From an uncultured Spirochaetota bacterium (GTDB lineage Bacteria > Spirochaetota > Spirochaetia > SZUA-6 > Fen-1364), in NCBI GenBank assembly GCA_963845535.1, contig CAWJSK010000003.1, forward strand, positions 84,936 to 148,935: a stretch of 64,000 nt of DNA, written 5' to 3'. Shown here one piece after another: positions 9,130-18,966 of this stretch (position 1 is the stretch's first letter; every line of letters starts with the position of its first letter). The notes beneath the pieces were generated by a model, which saw only the letters and a list, made by a program, of their open reading frames with translations, made no database searches and was not told the DNA's origin. The position numbers and the translations under genes were made by a program.

Positions 9130-10650
9130 CTATGCTCCTCTTTCTCTCATGATGTTCAGCTCTCTCACAAGCTTGGACAAGTAGCTCCTCTGGATGTCGA
9201 GGGCCTGCGCCGTTCGGGTCTGATGCCACCCGTTGGCTTCCAAGGCTTTCGTGATAAAGTGTTTCTTGAAGATGTTCAATGCCTCGCGGAGAGTTTTCAG
9301 CGAGTAGCTGTCCCCGTTCTGGATGGGTCCGTTGTTCAGGATGAGGAACTCCGGACGGATCATGCCGTCCCGGGAAAACACCACCGCCCTCTCGATTGCG
9401 TTTTCCAGCTCCCGCACGTTCCCCGGCCAGGAATAGGACAAGAGCTCCTGCATGGCGGAGTCGGAGAAGCCCTGGATCTGCTTCTTCGTCTCCCGAGAGT
9501 GTTTTTTGAGGAAGAAATCCGCCAGGACCGGGATGTCCTCCCTGCGTTCCCGCAGCGGAGGAATCTGAATGGGGAGAACGTTGAGCCGATAAAAGAGGTC
9601 CGCCCGAAACTTCTTCTCGTTCACCTGCGCTTCGAGGTTCCGGTTGGTGGCCGCAATGATCCGTACGTCCACGTGCATGGATTCGCTGGAACCAACTCTC
9701 TCGAAGGTCCTGTTCTGGATGACCCTCAGGAGCTTCGCCTGCAGCGCGAGCGGCATGTCCGCCACTTCGTCCAGGAATATCGTGCCCCCGTCCGCAAGCT
9801 CGAACCTGCCGCGCCGGTCCGAAATCGCATCCGTGAAAGCCCCTTTGACGTGGCCGAAAAGCTCGCTCTCCAGGAGCGGCTCAGGGATGGCGGCGCAGTT
9901 GACCCTGATGAAAGGCCTGGTCTTGCGGGGGCTCGCAAGATGGATCTGCTCCGCAAAAAGCTCCTTGCCAACGCCGCTTTCTCCCAGCAGGAGGACGGAG
10001 GAATCCGTTGCAGCGGCCCTGCGGGCAATCTCGAGCTTTTCCTGGATGAGCCTGCTTTCCGCGATGAAGGTATGATAGCCCTCGTCCTTGATGACCTTGG
10101 CTTGCAGCAAGGAAAGCTCGTTCTTGGCTTTCTGGTAGCTCTGCGCGTTCTGGATGGCAAGCGCGGCCTGGGTTGAAAAAGCCTCGAGCCACTGGAGGTC
10201 TTCTTCCCCGAACCTCTTGCCGCCCCTCTTGTTGATGATCTCCACGACTCCCACGAGCCTGTCCTTGACCCTCATGGGCACGGCCAGGATGGCCGTTGCG
10301 GGGAAGCCGATTTTCTCTGCGATCTCAGGGTAGAAGCGAGGGTCTTGCGCTACGTCGTTCACGATCAGGGAGGTGTTTTTCTGCGCAACCCACCCCGCGA
10401 TCCCCTCCCCCATGTTGAGCGAGTAATGCTTGAGGAAGGGTCCCTTGGGGCCAAGGGCGATCTCGAAGTACAACTTGTTGTTCTCAGGATTCAGCAGCAT
10501 GAGGGAGGAGGCTTCTCCCTCCGTAAGCTCGGTTGCCGAGCGGACAATCTCGGTGAGGAGCGCCTTCAGGTCGGCGTAGTTCGAGTTGATTCTCGCGTAG
10601 ATGTCGAAAAGTATTTCAAGCTTCTCGCGGTCCGCGGTGAATCGCAACAT
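9130..10650 (-). CDS. Sigma-54-dependent enhancer-binding activator (GAF-AAA+-Fis HTH)
   Basis: N-terminal GAF domain, GESGVGKE Walker A, ESELFGHVKGAFTDA, FLDEV, WPGNVREL and a C-terminal HTH. Confidence 0.93.
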   Translation of the reverse strand: MLRFTADREKLEILFDIYARINSNYADLKALLTEIVRSATELTEGEASSLMLLNPENNKLYFEIALGPKGPFLKHYSLNMGEGIAGWVAQKNTSLIVNDVAQDPRFYPEIAEKIGFPATAILAVPMRVKDRLVGVVEIINKRGGKRFGEEDLQWLEAFSTQAALAIQNAQSYQKAKNELSLLQAKVIKDEGYHTFIAESRLIQEKLEIARRAAATDSSVLLLGESGVGKELFAEQIHLASPRKTRPFIRVNCAAIPEPLLESELFGHVKGAFTDAISDRRGRFELADGGTIFLDEVADMPLALQAKLLRVIQNRTFERVGSSESMHVDVRIIAATNRNLEAQVNEKKFRADLFYRLNVLPIQIPPLRERREDIPVLADFFLKKHSRETKKQIQGFSDSAMQELLSYSWPGNVRELENAIERAVVFSRDGMIRPEFLILNNGPIQNGDSYSLKTLREALNIFKKHFITKALEANGWHQTRTAQALDIQRSYLSKLVRELNIMRERGA

Positions 10651-10661
10651 CCCCCGCGCCG

Positions 10662-12362
10662 CTAGCCCTTTATCTTGTCCTTGAGCATGTCGCCGAGGGA
10701 GACGGTCTCCTGCTTGGAGTCGTCATGGATGTACTTGTCCATCTCCTCCCGCTGCACGCGCTTGACGTAATCCTTCAGGGAGAGCGACAGCTTCTGCTTG
10801 GACGGGCTCACTTCGGTCACCACGGCCTGGACCTGGTCTCCGACCTTGTACTTGGCCATGGCCGTCTCTATGGGTTCCACCCTGTCATCAACGATGTTCA
10901 TCTTGTGCACCAGGCCCTCGATCCCGCCCTGGACGCGCACGAACAACCCGAAGTCCGTGATATTGGTGATCTCCCCGTTGATGATGCTGCCGCGGGGGTA
11001 CGCGCGGGCAATCGACTCCCAGGGGTCCTCGGAGAGCTGCTTGGCGCCCAGTTGGACCTTTCCGCGCTCCTTGTCGATCCCGATCACCATGAGCTCCACT
11101 TCATCATCCACCTTTGCGAACGATGAGGCGTTCCTGATCTTCTTTGTCCATGACATGTCGTCCACGTGAAGGACGCCGTCAATGCCCTCTTCCACGTCGA
11201 AGAACAGCGCGTACGGGCTGGCCCTGACGACCTTGCGTGTCAGCCTCATGCCCACGGGATAGCGCTGGTCAATGTCATCCCAGGGGTTGGGGAGGACCTG
11301 CTTGAGCCCGAGGGAGAGCTTGCCCTGCTGGATGTCGTAGTTGAGGATCTTGGTCTCCACCACGTCCCCCACCTTGAGGACTTCCCGGGGATGCTTCACC
11401 TTGCGCACCCAGGACAGCTCCGAGATATGCGCAAGACCCTCGATTCCTTCCTCGATCTCGATGAATGCGCCGAAATCCGCGAGCTTCGTGACTTTTCCCT
11501 TCACGATGTCCCCGATGTGGTATTTCTCCTCGAAGTGGTTCCAGGGGTCTTCCGTGAAGTGCTTCAGGCTCAGGTTGATGCGGCCTTCTTCCGGCTCCAG
11601 GCGGATCACCTTGAGCTGGATGGTCTCACCGAGCCGCACGAAGTCCTTGGGCCGGGTGACGTGGCCCCAGCTCATGTCATTGATGTGGAGGAGGCCGTCG
11701 AATCCCCCCAGGTCCACAAAGGCTCCGAAGGAGGTGAAGCTCTTGACCACCCCTTCAACGACGTCTCCGATCTTCACCTGGCCGAAGAACTCTTCCCGGC
11801 GCTTGCGGATGTCTTCTTCCATCCAGTCCCGCCGGGAAACCACGATGTTCGTCTTGCCCTTGGCGTACAAGCGGTCGATATAGAAGGAGGATTTCACCCC
11901 GACGTAGTCCGAGTTTTCGCTGGGCCTCTTCACGTCAACTTTCGACAGCGGGAGGAAAGCCCTGATGTCGTTTCCCAGGTCGACTTCGTAGCCACCCTTG
12001 ATCTTGTGGATGATGGTGCCCTGGACGGCCTTGTGGTCATCAAAGGCGATCCGAAGGTCTTTCCAGAAAATCTTCTCATCAGCCTTGCGCTTGGAGACGA
12101 CAACCTGGCCTTCACGGCCTTCCTTGCGGACGAGGATCACGTACACCGTCTCACCCATGGAGGGCTTGACATCGAATTCGTTCGCCGGAATCTTTCCTTC
12201 CGACTTGTAGCCCACGTCCACATAGACGTAGTCGTCGTCCACTTCGATGACCCGCCCGGGTATCATCTGGCCCTCTTCGATGGGCTGAAGGGACTGAACG
12301 TACTGCTCCTGGAGCTGCGTCTCGACTTCCGGAGCGAGCTTCTTCTTGTCTTCTGTGCTCAT
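10662..12362 (-). CDS. rpsA: 30S ribosomal protein S1
   Basis: Six S1 domains (FGAFVDLGGFDGLLHI etc.). Confidence 0.97.
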   Translation of the reverse strand: MSTEDKKKLAPEVETQLQEQYVQSLQPIEEGQMIPGRVIEVDDDYVYVDVGYKSEGKIPANEFDVKPSMGETVYVILVRKEGREGQVVVSKRKADEKIFWKDLRIAFDDHKAVQGTIIHKIKGGYEVDLGNDIRAFLPLSKVDVKRPSENSDYVGVKSSFYIDRLYAKGKTNIVVSRRDWMEEDIRKRREEFFGQVKIGDVVEGVVKSFTSFGAFVDLGGFDGLLHINDMSWGHVTRPKDFVRLGETIQLKVIRLEPEEGRINLSLKHFTEDPWNHFEEKYHIGDIVKGKVTKLADFGAFIEIEEGIEGLAHISELSWVRKVKHPREVLKVGDVVETKILNYDIQQGKLSLGLKQVLPNPWDDIDQRYPVGMRLTRKVVRASPYALFFDVEEGIDGVLHVDDMSWTKKIRNASSFAKVDDEVELMVIGIDKERGKVQLGAKQLSEDPWESIARAYPRGSIINGEITNITDFGLFVRVQGGIEGLVHKMNIVDDRVEPIETAMAKYKVGDQVQAVVTEVSPSKQKLSLSLKDYVKRVQREEMDKYIHDDSKQETVSLGDMLKDKIKG

Positions 12363-12364
12363 AG

Positions 12365-13024
12365 TCAGCGTATATCTCCCGGGTTATTTTTTTTCACGAG
12401 GATAGCTTCAATCACTCTGTCACAAACTTCATCTATGGTCAAGTGAGACGTATCAATTCGGATGGCATCCGCGGCCGCTTGAAGCTTTCCCAGGGGTTTG
12501 TTCCTGTCAACTGTGTCGCGAGCGGCAATGGACTTCTCCACTTGCTCAAGCGGCAGGCTGCTGACTCCCTGGGAATGCCGCCGAACCGCCCGCGTGGCCA
12601 CATCCGCATCCAGAAAAATTTTCACCTCCGCCTGCGGGAAGACGACGGTGCCGATGTCCCGTCCTTCCACGAGCGCGTTTTTTCCCTTGACGACCTGGCG
12701 GAGCCTCTCGTTGACGATGTCCCTGACCTCGGGGATGCTCGAGTGCGCGGCCACCCACATGTCCACCGAATCAGAGTGAAGGAGCTCCTCCACGCGGCGG
12801 CCGTTGAGGGTGAGGCAGGAACCGCTCATCTCCAGCCGGCACTGGCGCGCAACGGCCAGGACGCCGGCATGGTCTTCCGGGTGGGCAGCGGCTTCCAGAA
12901 CGGCCAGCGTGATTGCCCGATAAAAGCTGCCCGAGTTCACATAGAGCAGCCCAGCGGCGTCGGCGCTCCTTCTTGCAACGGTGCTCTTCCCCACCCCCGC
13001 AGGCCCGTCAATCGCTATTACCAT
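12365..13024 (-). CDS. cmk: Cytidylate kinase
   Basis: IAIDGPAGVGKST and EGRDIGTVVFP. Confidence 0.96.
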   Translation of the reverse strand: MVIAIDGPAGVGKSTVARRSADAAGLLYVNSGSFYRAITLAVLEAAAHPEDHAGVLAVARQCRLEMSGSCLTLNGRRVEELLHSDSVDMWVAAHSSIPEVRDIVNERLRQVVKGKNALVEGRDIGTVVFPQAEVKIFLDADVATRAVRRHSQGVSSLPLEQVEKSIAARDTVDRNKPLGKLQAAADAIRIDTSHLTIDEVCDRVIEAILVKKNNPGDIR

Positions 13025-13808
13025 GATCGAAAAACCACCTGATCTCCCGTTCGGTCAGCCTGCGAAAATGACCGGTCGGGATTCCCTTCAGCGTTATGGG
13101 GCCCACACGGAGCCTGTGCACCCTTTTGAGCCGGATGTTGCGGCTGGTGAATACGTTTCTGAGCTCGCGGTTCTTTCCCTCCACCAGCGTGATGAGGGCG
13201 GAATGGGGGCTGCGAAGAACGAAGCTCTTGCACCGGTACACGACGTCACCGACGCGGATGCCCTTGGAGTACTGGCGAAGGAAATCTTCGTCGATGGCCC
13301 TTCCGGTTTCCACGAGGTATTCCTTCTCGATCCCCGCCCGCGGGTGGGATACGAGCTTGGAGAACTCGCCGTCATTCGTGTAGAGGATGATCCCCGTGGA
13401 AAGAAAGTCCAGTCTCCCCACGTGGAAAAGGCGTCCGTGGATGGCGGAAGAGAACAATTCGCTCACCAGGGGCCTGCGCTCGGGATCACTGTTGGCGCAC
13501 AAGTACTCGCGGGGCTTGTGGACCGCGATATAGATCTTCTTGTTGGAGGGAACCACGGCATGGCCGTCAAGAGTCACCGAGTCTCCAAGAGAAACCTTGG
13601 CGCCGAGCTGGGTGACGGGCGCTCCGTTGACGGTCACTCGGCCGTGTTGGATGAACGTTTCGCAGGCGCGGCGGGAGCCAAGGCCGCAGCGCGCAAGGAA
13701 CACCTGGAGCCGGATGGAGTCTTTGGAAGAGCCTCCCGAGCGGGCGCGCGAGGCGCCTGCGGAAAGCCCGGAAGAAGAGCCATGGGCGCGCGGTTCACTC
13801 CTGCTCAA
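13008..13808 (-). CDS. rluB: rRNA pseudouridine synthase (RsuA/RluB family)
   Basis: S4 domain (SRRACE), VGRLD catalytic motif and EGKNRELR. Confidence 0.88.
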   Translation of the reverse strand: MSRSEPRAHGSSSGLSAGASRARSGGSSKDSIRLQVFLARCGLGSRRACETFIQHGRVTVNGAPVTQLGAKVSLGDSVTLDGHAVVPSNKKIYIAVHKPREYLCANSDPERRPLVSELFSSAIHGRLFHVGRLDFLSTGIILYTNDGEFSKLVSHPRAGIEKEYLVETGRAIDEDFLRQYSKGIRVGDVVYRCKSFVLRSPHSALITLVEGKNRELRNVFTSRNIRLKRVHRLRVGPITLKGIPTGHFRRLTEREIRWFFDHGNSD

Positions 13809-14331
13809 AGCGCTCCCTTTCCAGGCCGTCGAGCTTGGGCAGGTCCGAAATGGTGCTCAAGCGGAAGGCTTTCAGAAACTCCTTGGTAGTCCCGTACTGC
13901 ACGGGCTTTCCCGGGGCGTCTTTCTTCCCGACTTCCTTGATGAAGTTCCTGCTCACGAGAAGCTTGATCATCCCATCAGCGGCAACGCCGCGGATGCTTT
14001 CTACCTCTCCACGCGTAATGGGCTGGGAATAAGCGATGATTGCCAGCGTTTCCAGCGCGGCCTTGGAGAGATGGTTTTCGCTGTTTTTTCCGTACCGCTC
14101 GCGCAGCTTTTCCCAAAGCCCCTTGCGCGGAGCGAAGGCGAACCCGCCTCCGATCTCCACGATCTCCAGGCCGTGGCCGTCCGCTTCCAGCCCCTGGCGA
14201 AGCTGCTCGATGGCTTCCTGCGCCGCTTCCGGTGAAAGCCCGCTGATGGAAGCGAGCTTGCGCAGCTCCACCGGGTCGCTCTCCAGAAGCAGCACCGCTT
14301 CGATGAGCGCGGCGTCCTTACTCAGCTCCAT
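13795..14331 (-). CDS. scpB: SMC-Scp complex subunit ScpB
   Basis: LSKAALETLAIIAYSQPITR and YGTTKEFL. Start at ATG 14331. Confidence 0.95.
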   Translation of the reverse strand: MELSKDAALIEAVLLLESDPVELRKLASISGLSPEAAQEAIEQLRQGLEADGHGLEIVEIGGGFAFAPRKGLWEKLRERYGKNSENHLSKAALETLAIIAYSQPITRGEVESIRGVAADGMIKLLVSRNFIKEVGKKDAPGKPVQYGTTKEFLKAFRLSTISDLPKLDGLERERFEQE

Positions 14332-15076
14332 TTCCGTTCGCTCCCTCCGGCATTTCTTTCCGCGCCCTGATCCTGATGTCCCCGAAAAGCCTGTTCTGCA
14401 TGACGCTGATGCGCTTCTCTTTGACCAGCTCCAGGACCGCCCAGAACGCGCAAACGATCTCCAGGAGGCTGCGGCGCTTGACGAGGTCCGTGAAGAGGAA
14501 CTCCTCCCGATCCTCCAGCAGCTCGGCAATCAGCGTGACCTTCTCATTCACGCTGACTTCCTCATACAGATCGATGATCCTTTCCGAGGACATGCTCGTG
14601 AGGAGGGAAGAGAAAGTCTGCAAGAGGTCCCAGACGCTGACCTGTTCCCAGATCCCCTCATCAGAGAACGGAAGGATCCGCTGGCTGCCGGTGCGCTCGA
14701 TGATCCATTCGACCTCGCCTTCCTTCTGGGCCATGAGGTCCGAGAGCTTTCGGAACTTCTGGTACTCGATGAGCTTCTCCACCAGGTCCCGGCGGGGATC
14801 CTCGATCTCGTCATCCAGGTTCAGCTCGACGGGAAGGAGCATCTTGCTCTTGATGTACAGGAGCGTTGCAGCCATGAGGTAGAACTCCGTCATGGTGTCC
14901 AGGTCCACCTTGGTGGCGAAGTTCAAGTAGGAGAGGTATTGCTCCGTGATGGAGGCAATCGGAATGTCGTAGATGTTGACTTCCGACTTGCGGATGAGAA
15001 AGAGAAGGAGATCCAGTGGTCCGTCGAAGTCTCCGAGGTGAAAATGCTGCTTCTGGCTCACGCTCGGTTCTGACAT
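14318..15076 (-). CDS. scpA: Segregation/condensation protein ScpA
   Basis: FDGPLDLLLFLI and YIKSKMLLP. Start at ATG 15076. Confidence 0.95.
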   Translation of the reverse strand: MSEPSVSQKQHFHLGDFDGPLDLLLFLIRKSEVNIYDIPIASITEQYLSYLNFATKVDLDTMTEFYLMAATLLYIKSKMLLPVELNLDDEIEDPRRDLVEKLIEYQKFRKLSDLMAQKEGEVEWIIERTGSQRILPFSDEGIWEQVSVWDLLQTFSSLLTSMSSERIIDLYEEVSVNEKVTLIAELLEDREEFLFTDLVKRRSLLEIVCAFWAVLELVKEKRISVMQNRLFGDIRIRARKEMPEGANGNGAE

Positions 15077-15155
15077 CTGGTCAGAGACAGGACTCCCTTC
15101 AGTATTGGTGTCGTTGAGGGGTGGTAGTATTGGCACTGTTCTGTATCGACAGGAA

Positions 15156-15184
15156 ATTATACTACCGGCGGGGATAAGAGTAAA
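15156..15184 (-). promoter_or_regulatory. sigma70 promoter for the scpA...rpsA run, overlapping the folK 3' end
   Basis: TTTACT-N17-TATAAT on the minus strand. Confidence 0.55.
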
Positions 15185-15665
15185 CACCCCGGCTCCTGCC
15201 GGGCAGGATGTCGGCGTAGGGAACTCCCGTGCGGGGGTCAGCGAGCCGGGGTGAGATCTCCAGGAGCGGCACCAGGACAAAGCCGCGCTCCGCCATGCGC
15301 GGATGCGGAATGACCAGATCAGGTTCTTCTATCATCAGGTCTCCGCAGAGAAGGATGTCGAGGTCGATGCTTCGTGGCCCCATTCTCTTTTCCCTGCCGC
15401 GGTCCCGCCCCAACGCGTTCTCTATCCCGTGCAAGGCTTCGAGCATTTCCCGTGGAGCGAGCGCTGAGTGCACCCTGCCCACCGCATTCAGGAACAGGGG
15501 CTGGTCAGTGACGTACATGGGCTCTGTTTCGTACAGGCTCGAAAGCACAAAGTCCGACCCGTCAGCCTGCACGGCGTTTTCGTGTATCATCTCCCACGCT
15601 CGGCGAAGGTTGCCCTCCCGGTCCCCTTGATTGGATCCGAGGGCGATGTGATAAAGCTGCCTCAC
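15162..15665 (-). CDS. folK: 2-amino-4-hydroxy-6-hydroxymethyldihydropteridine diphosphokinase
   Basis: IALGSNQG, GPRSIDLDIL and IPHPRMAERGFVLVPL. Confidence 0.95.
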   Translation of the reverse strand: MRQLYHIALGSNQGDREGNLRRAWEMIHENAVQADGSDFVLSSLYETEPMYVTDQPLFLNAVGRVHSALAPREMLEALHGIENALGRDRGREKRMGPRSIDLDILLCGDLMIEEPDLVIPHPRMAERGFVLVPLLEISPRLADPRTGVPYADILPGRSRGVYSYPRR

Positions 15666-15686
15666 GCCGTCAGCGACCAGCCGGTC

Positions 15687-16895
15687 TCAGAAAAGCTCTT
15701 TGTCAGGGTCCGCCGTCTCATCCGCGTGCCGAGTGGCTGCGGGTTGCTCGGGGACACGAGCGCGAGTTGACGCGGCCGCCTTGGCCGGTTCAGCGGACGC
15801 CGCGGCATCCTTGCTCTCCGGGGGCGCTTGCTTGACATCCGTCAATGCCCCTGCAGCGTCTCTGGGGAAGAGTATTCCCCGGACTTTCTTCTCCAGCTCC
15901 GAGGCCACGGTGGGGTTTGATTCCAGGAAGAGGCGCGCATTGTCCACGCCCTGGCCGATCCTGTCCTTCCCGTACGAGTACCAGCTCCCCGCTTTCTCCA
16001 CGAGGTTGTTCTGTATGGCGGCCTCCAGCAGGCTCCCAACAGCGGATATCCCCTTGCCGAACATGATATCCATCTCAGCCTTGCGGAAAGGAGGGGCAAT
16101 CTTGTTCTTTACGACCTTGACGCGCACCTTGTTTCCCACTACTTCGTCACTGCCGCGCGCAATGCTCTCAACTTTCCTCACTTCGAGCCGGATGGTGGAG
16201 TAGAACTTCAGAGCGAACCCGCCGGTCGTGGTCTCTGGGTTTCCGAACATGACGCCGATTTTCATGCGGATCTGGTTGATGAAAATCAGGCAGGTCCTCG
16301 TCTTGGATATGGTGCCCGTGAGCTTTCGCAATGCCTGGCTCATGAGCCGGGCCTGAAGGCCCATGTGGGAATCCCCCATTTCCCCCTCGATCTCCGCTCT
16401 TGGGGTCAGGGCGGCCACCGAGTCAACGACGATGATGTCCATGGCGCCCGAGCGCACCAGGGATTCGACGATCTCCAGTGCCTGCTCCCCCGTGTCCGGC
16501 TGTGAGACCCACAGCTCGTCGACGTTCACGCCAAGGTTCTTTGCGTACACCGGGTCCAGGGCGTGCTCGGCATCCACGAAAGCCGCAATCCCGCCGAGCT
16601 TCTGCGACTCAGCTATGGCATGGAGCGCGAGGGTGGTCTTGCCGGAGGACTCTGGGCCGTAAATCTCTATGACTCTTCCCCGGGGGTACCCCCCCAGTCC
16701 CAGGGCGGCATCAAGGAGGATGGAGCCCGAGGGAATGATGTCAACGTCAGTGTGGCCGGCGTTCTCCCCCAGCTTCATGAGGGAGCCCTTGCCGAACTGC
16801 TTCTCGATCTGGAGGCGTGCCGCCTCGAGGGCGCGCACCTTTTCCTCCTGCACGGCGGATTTCTTCTCCGTGGCGGGGACTTCCTTTTTTGCCAT
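15687..16895 (-). CDS. recA: Recombinase RecA
   Basis: [23 protein letters not shown] and [12 protein letters not shown]. Confidence 0.98.
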   Translation of the reverse strand: MAKKEVPATEKKSAVQEEKVRALEAARLQIEKQFGKGSLMKLGENAGHTDVDIIPSGSILLDAALGLGGYPRGRVIEIYGPESSGKTTLALHAIAESQKLGGIAAFVDAEHALDPVYAKNLGVNVDELWVSQPDTGEQALEIVESLVRSGAMDIIVVDSVAALTPRAEIEGEMGDSHMGLQARLMSQALRKLTGTISKTRTCLIFINQIRMKIGVMFGNPETTTGGFALKFYSTIRLEVRKVESIARGSDEVVGNKVRVKVVKNKIAPPFRKAEMDIMFGKGISAVGSLLEAAIQNNLVEKAGSWYSYGKDRIGQGVDNARLFLESNPTVASELEKKVRGILFPRDAAGALTDVKQAPPESKDAAASAEPAKAAASTRARVPEQPAATRHADETADPDKELF

Positions 16896-16998
16896 GAGCT
16901 CTTTGCCTCCCTCCCTGGGCGCCGCGGCGCTCCCCAGGGCGCTTCCACATACTTTCTACGCGCAAAACGCCCTGCCGATTGCGTCGCGATTACCAGTA

Positions 16999-17029
16999 AG
17001 TATATTCACGGGGGGCGGAGGGCTGTCAA
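16999..17029 (-). promoter_or_regulatory. Candidate recA promoter
   Basis: TTGACA followed by AATATACT. TATACT sits at a long 19-nt spacing. Confidence 0.35.
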
Positions 17030-17093
17030 TCCAAAGGCCGCACCGCGCGAAGCGCGGTCTCCGGTAGGTATTTCCGACGGGGCCAGACGCGCC

Positions 17094-17831
17094 ATGCCCT
17101 TTGGAAGCGTGCCGAATGCCGATAAGTCAAGTAGGGGTCGGAACATAACCAGGAAAGCAGCGATACTTCTCCTTCTCTTCAGCCTCGTCGGCGTGTGCGC
17201 GGCATCAGCCAGTGCCACGGATTGGGGCGCATTCGTTGCGGCGAGCAACCGCAACGACGACGGCCTGATCCTTGACCTGCTGAAAGACGCTGACTTCGCG
17301 ACGAGCGCTGGGACGTTGGAGGCTCTCGGATCGCGAAAAGATCCGTACGCTGAGGACATCCTCTCCTGGCTGCTTTCGCGATTTTCGAAAACCTCGGAGT
17401 ACAAGACGGAAGCTCTCATTCGCCTGGCCATGAAGGCGATTTTCGACGAGGCGCCGGACGCCCATGCCCTGCAGGAGAGGCTTGCCGCGAATGCGGATTT
17501 CATCGATCAGCTCGTCAGGAACATCGCGCGTTTCAAGGATCCGCAGCTCAGGGGAAGTATTGTCCGTCTCCTGCCGCGGCGGCAGGGGCCTGAACGGCTC
17601 GCCGCCTTGATGGAGGTCGGTGCCGGAGTCATTGAGGCGCTCAATCAGGCTGACGGAAAGCTTACAGATCCGGACATGGGCCTTGCCTACGATTATCTCG
17701 GCGTTGTGCGGCAGATCGGCAATTCCGATTTCATGGAGCCATGTCTGGAAATTGCCCGTCTCTCACGGGACAGCGGCCTGACGCAGAAGGCGAGGCAGGT
17801 CGCGCGGGACGTGGGCGGGCGCCCGCGGTAA
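17094..17831 (+). CDS. Exported alpha-helical (HEAT-like) hypothetical protein
   Basis: Signal peptide RKAAILLLLFSLVGVCAASASA and a helical body. The start is uncertain (ATG 17094 or ATA 17145). Confidence 0.65.
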   Translation: MPFGSVPNADKSSRGRNITRKAAILLLLFSLVGVCAASASATDWGAFVAASNRNDDGLILDLLKDADFATSAGTLEALGSRKDPYAEDILSWLLSRFSKTSEYKTEALIRLAMKAIFDEAPDAHALQERLAANADFIDQLVRNIARFKDPQLRGSIVRLLPRRQGPERLAALMEVGAGVIEALNQADGKLTDPDMGLAYDYLGVVRQIGNSDFMEPCLEIARLSRDSGLTQKARQVARDVGGRPR

Positions 17832-17845
17832 CGGGCCTGCTCTCG

Positions 17846-17874
17846 TGGACTCCCTGCGCCTTTTCTGGTAGAGT
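17846..17874 (+). promoter_or_regulatory. Promoter for a probable leaderless prs transcript
   Basis: TGGACT-N17-TAGAGT with a TG extension, 6 nt before ATG 17881. No SD is present. Confidence 0.5.
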
Positions 17875-17880
17875 CTCGGC

Positions 17881-18966
17881 ATGCGCGGACGGCTCCTGGT
17901 CTTCTCCACCCGGGCCCTCGCGGGGTACGCCCGCAAGGTGACCCGCGCCCTGCGCGCATATCCTCAATTCAAGGACAGGTCAGAGGCGGAGATCCACGGA
18001 GAGCTTGCCATCTCCAGGTTTGCTGACGGAGAGATGGAAGCTGAGATCGGCACCTCGGTTCGTGGCTGCGACGTGTTTCTCTTTGTGGGAGCCGTCCGCA
18101 ATGAGCTGGGCATCTCTTCCGAAGAGAACAAGATCGAGACCTACCACGCCGTGGACGCGCTCCGAAGGGCGCAGGCGGGAAGGATCACGGTCTTCGAGCC
18201 GTATTGCAGCCCCGGCAGGTCAGACAGGCTGACACGGAGGAACTCCGTGGGCCTGTGGCTGCACTTCAAGGTCCTTCTCAGCCTCGGGATCAACCATTAC
18301 ATCACGTTCCAGCTCCACTCGGAAAAGTCCAAGACGTTCATCGACCCGGCAATCTGCGACGTTGACGACATCCCCGGCAGTCCGCTCCTGGAGAGATACA
18401 TCTGCGACAACGTGATCAAGACAACCGAGCGCCTTCACACAACGGTGCGCGACGATTGGCTTTTCTGCTCCGTGGACGCCGGCGGGGAGGCCTTGTCCAA
18501 GAGGTTCGCCGCCTCCTTCGGGACAGGCATCGTCATCTCCCACAAGCAGAGAAACTACTCTTCCGCCAACTCCGTGGAATCCATAACAATCCTCACCGCG
18601 GAGCCCATCGAGGGAAAGACGATCTGGATCATTGACGACATGATCGACACGGGTGACTCCATGTGCAAGCTCGTGCGGGAGCTGGCTCCCATGAAGCCGG
18701 GATCCATCAACATCGCCATCGTGCATCCGGTTTTTTCGACGCCGGCCACCCAGCGCCTCAAGGAGCTGTGTGACCAGAAGCTCGTCAGCTCCATCCTCGT
18801 GACGGACACCATCCCCTGTACCCAGGAGATCCGTGACAGCCTCCCCTGCCTCCAGGTCATTCCGTCGACTTCGCTCGCGGCAGAGATCGTTTTCCGTCTC
18901 AGCAACGAGCTTCCGCTCTCCCCGCTCCTGGCGCAGTTCAACGCCGAAGACTACCTGAAGAAATAG
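17881..18966 (+). CDS. prs: Ribose-phosphate pyrophosphokinase
   Basis: RFADGE, SVRGCDVF, SVDAGG and the IIDDMIDTG PRPP-binding motif. Confidence 0.9.
   Translation: MRGRLLVFSTRALAGYARKVTRALRAYPQFKDRSEAEIHGELAISRFADGEMEAEIGTSVRGCDVFLFVGAVRNELGISSEENKIETYHAVDALRRAQAGRITVFEPYCSPGRSDRLTRRNSVGLWLHFKVLLSLGINHYITFQLHSEKSKTFIDPAICDVDDIPGSPLLERYICDNVIKTTERLHTTVRDDWLFCSVDAGGEALSKRFAASFGTGIVISHKQRNYSSANSVESITILTAEPIEGKTIWIIDDMIDTGDSMCKLVRELAPMKPGSINIAIVHPVFSTPATQRLKELCDQKLVSSILVTDTIPCTQEIRDSLPCLQVIPSTSLAAEIVFRLSNELPLSPLLAQFNAEDYLKK

Noticed and set aside
12355..12370. Broken cmk-rpsA fusion
   Set aside because: cmk has its own stop, and rpsA has an ATG 2 nt later with an upstream GGAG. They read as two normal genes.
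15130..15147. sigma54-like TTGGCACTGTTCTGT on the plus strand
   Set aside because: It lacks GC at the required 10-nt spacing and points into no gene.
16951..16970. LexA/SOS box upstream of recA
   Set aside because: The best match (TTTG-cgcgt-AGAA) is too degenerate relative to TTTG-N5-CAAA.
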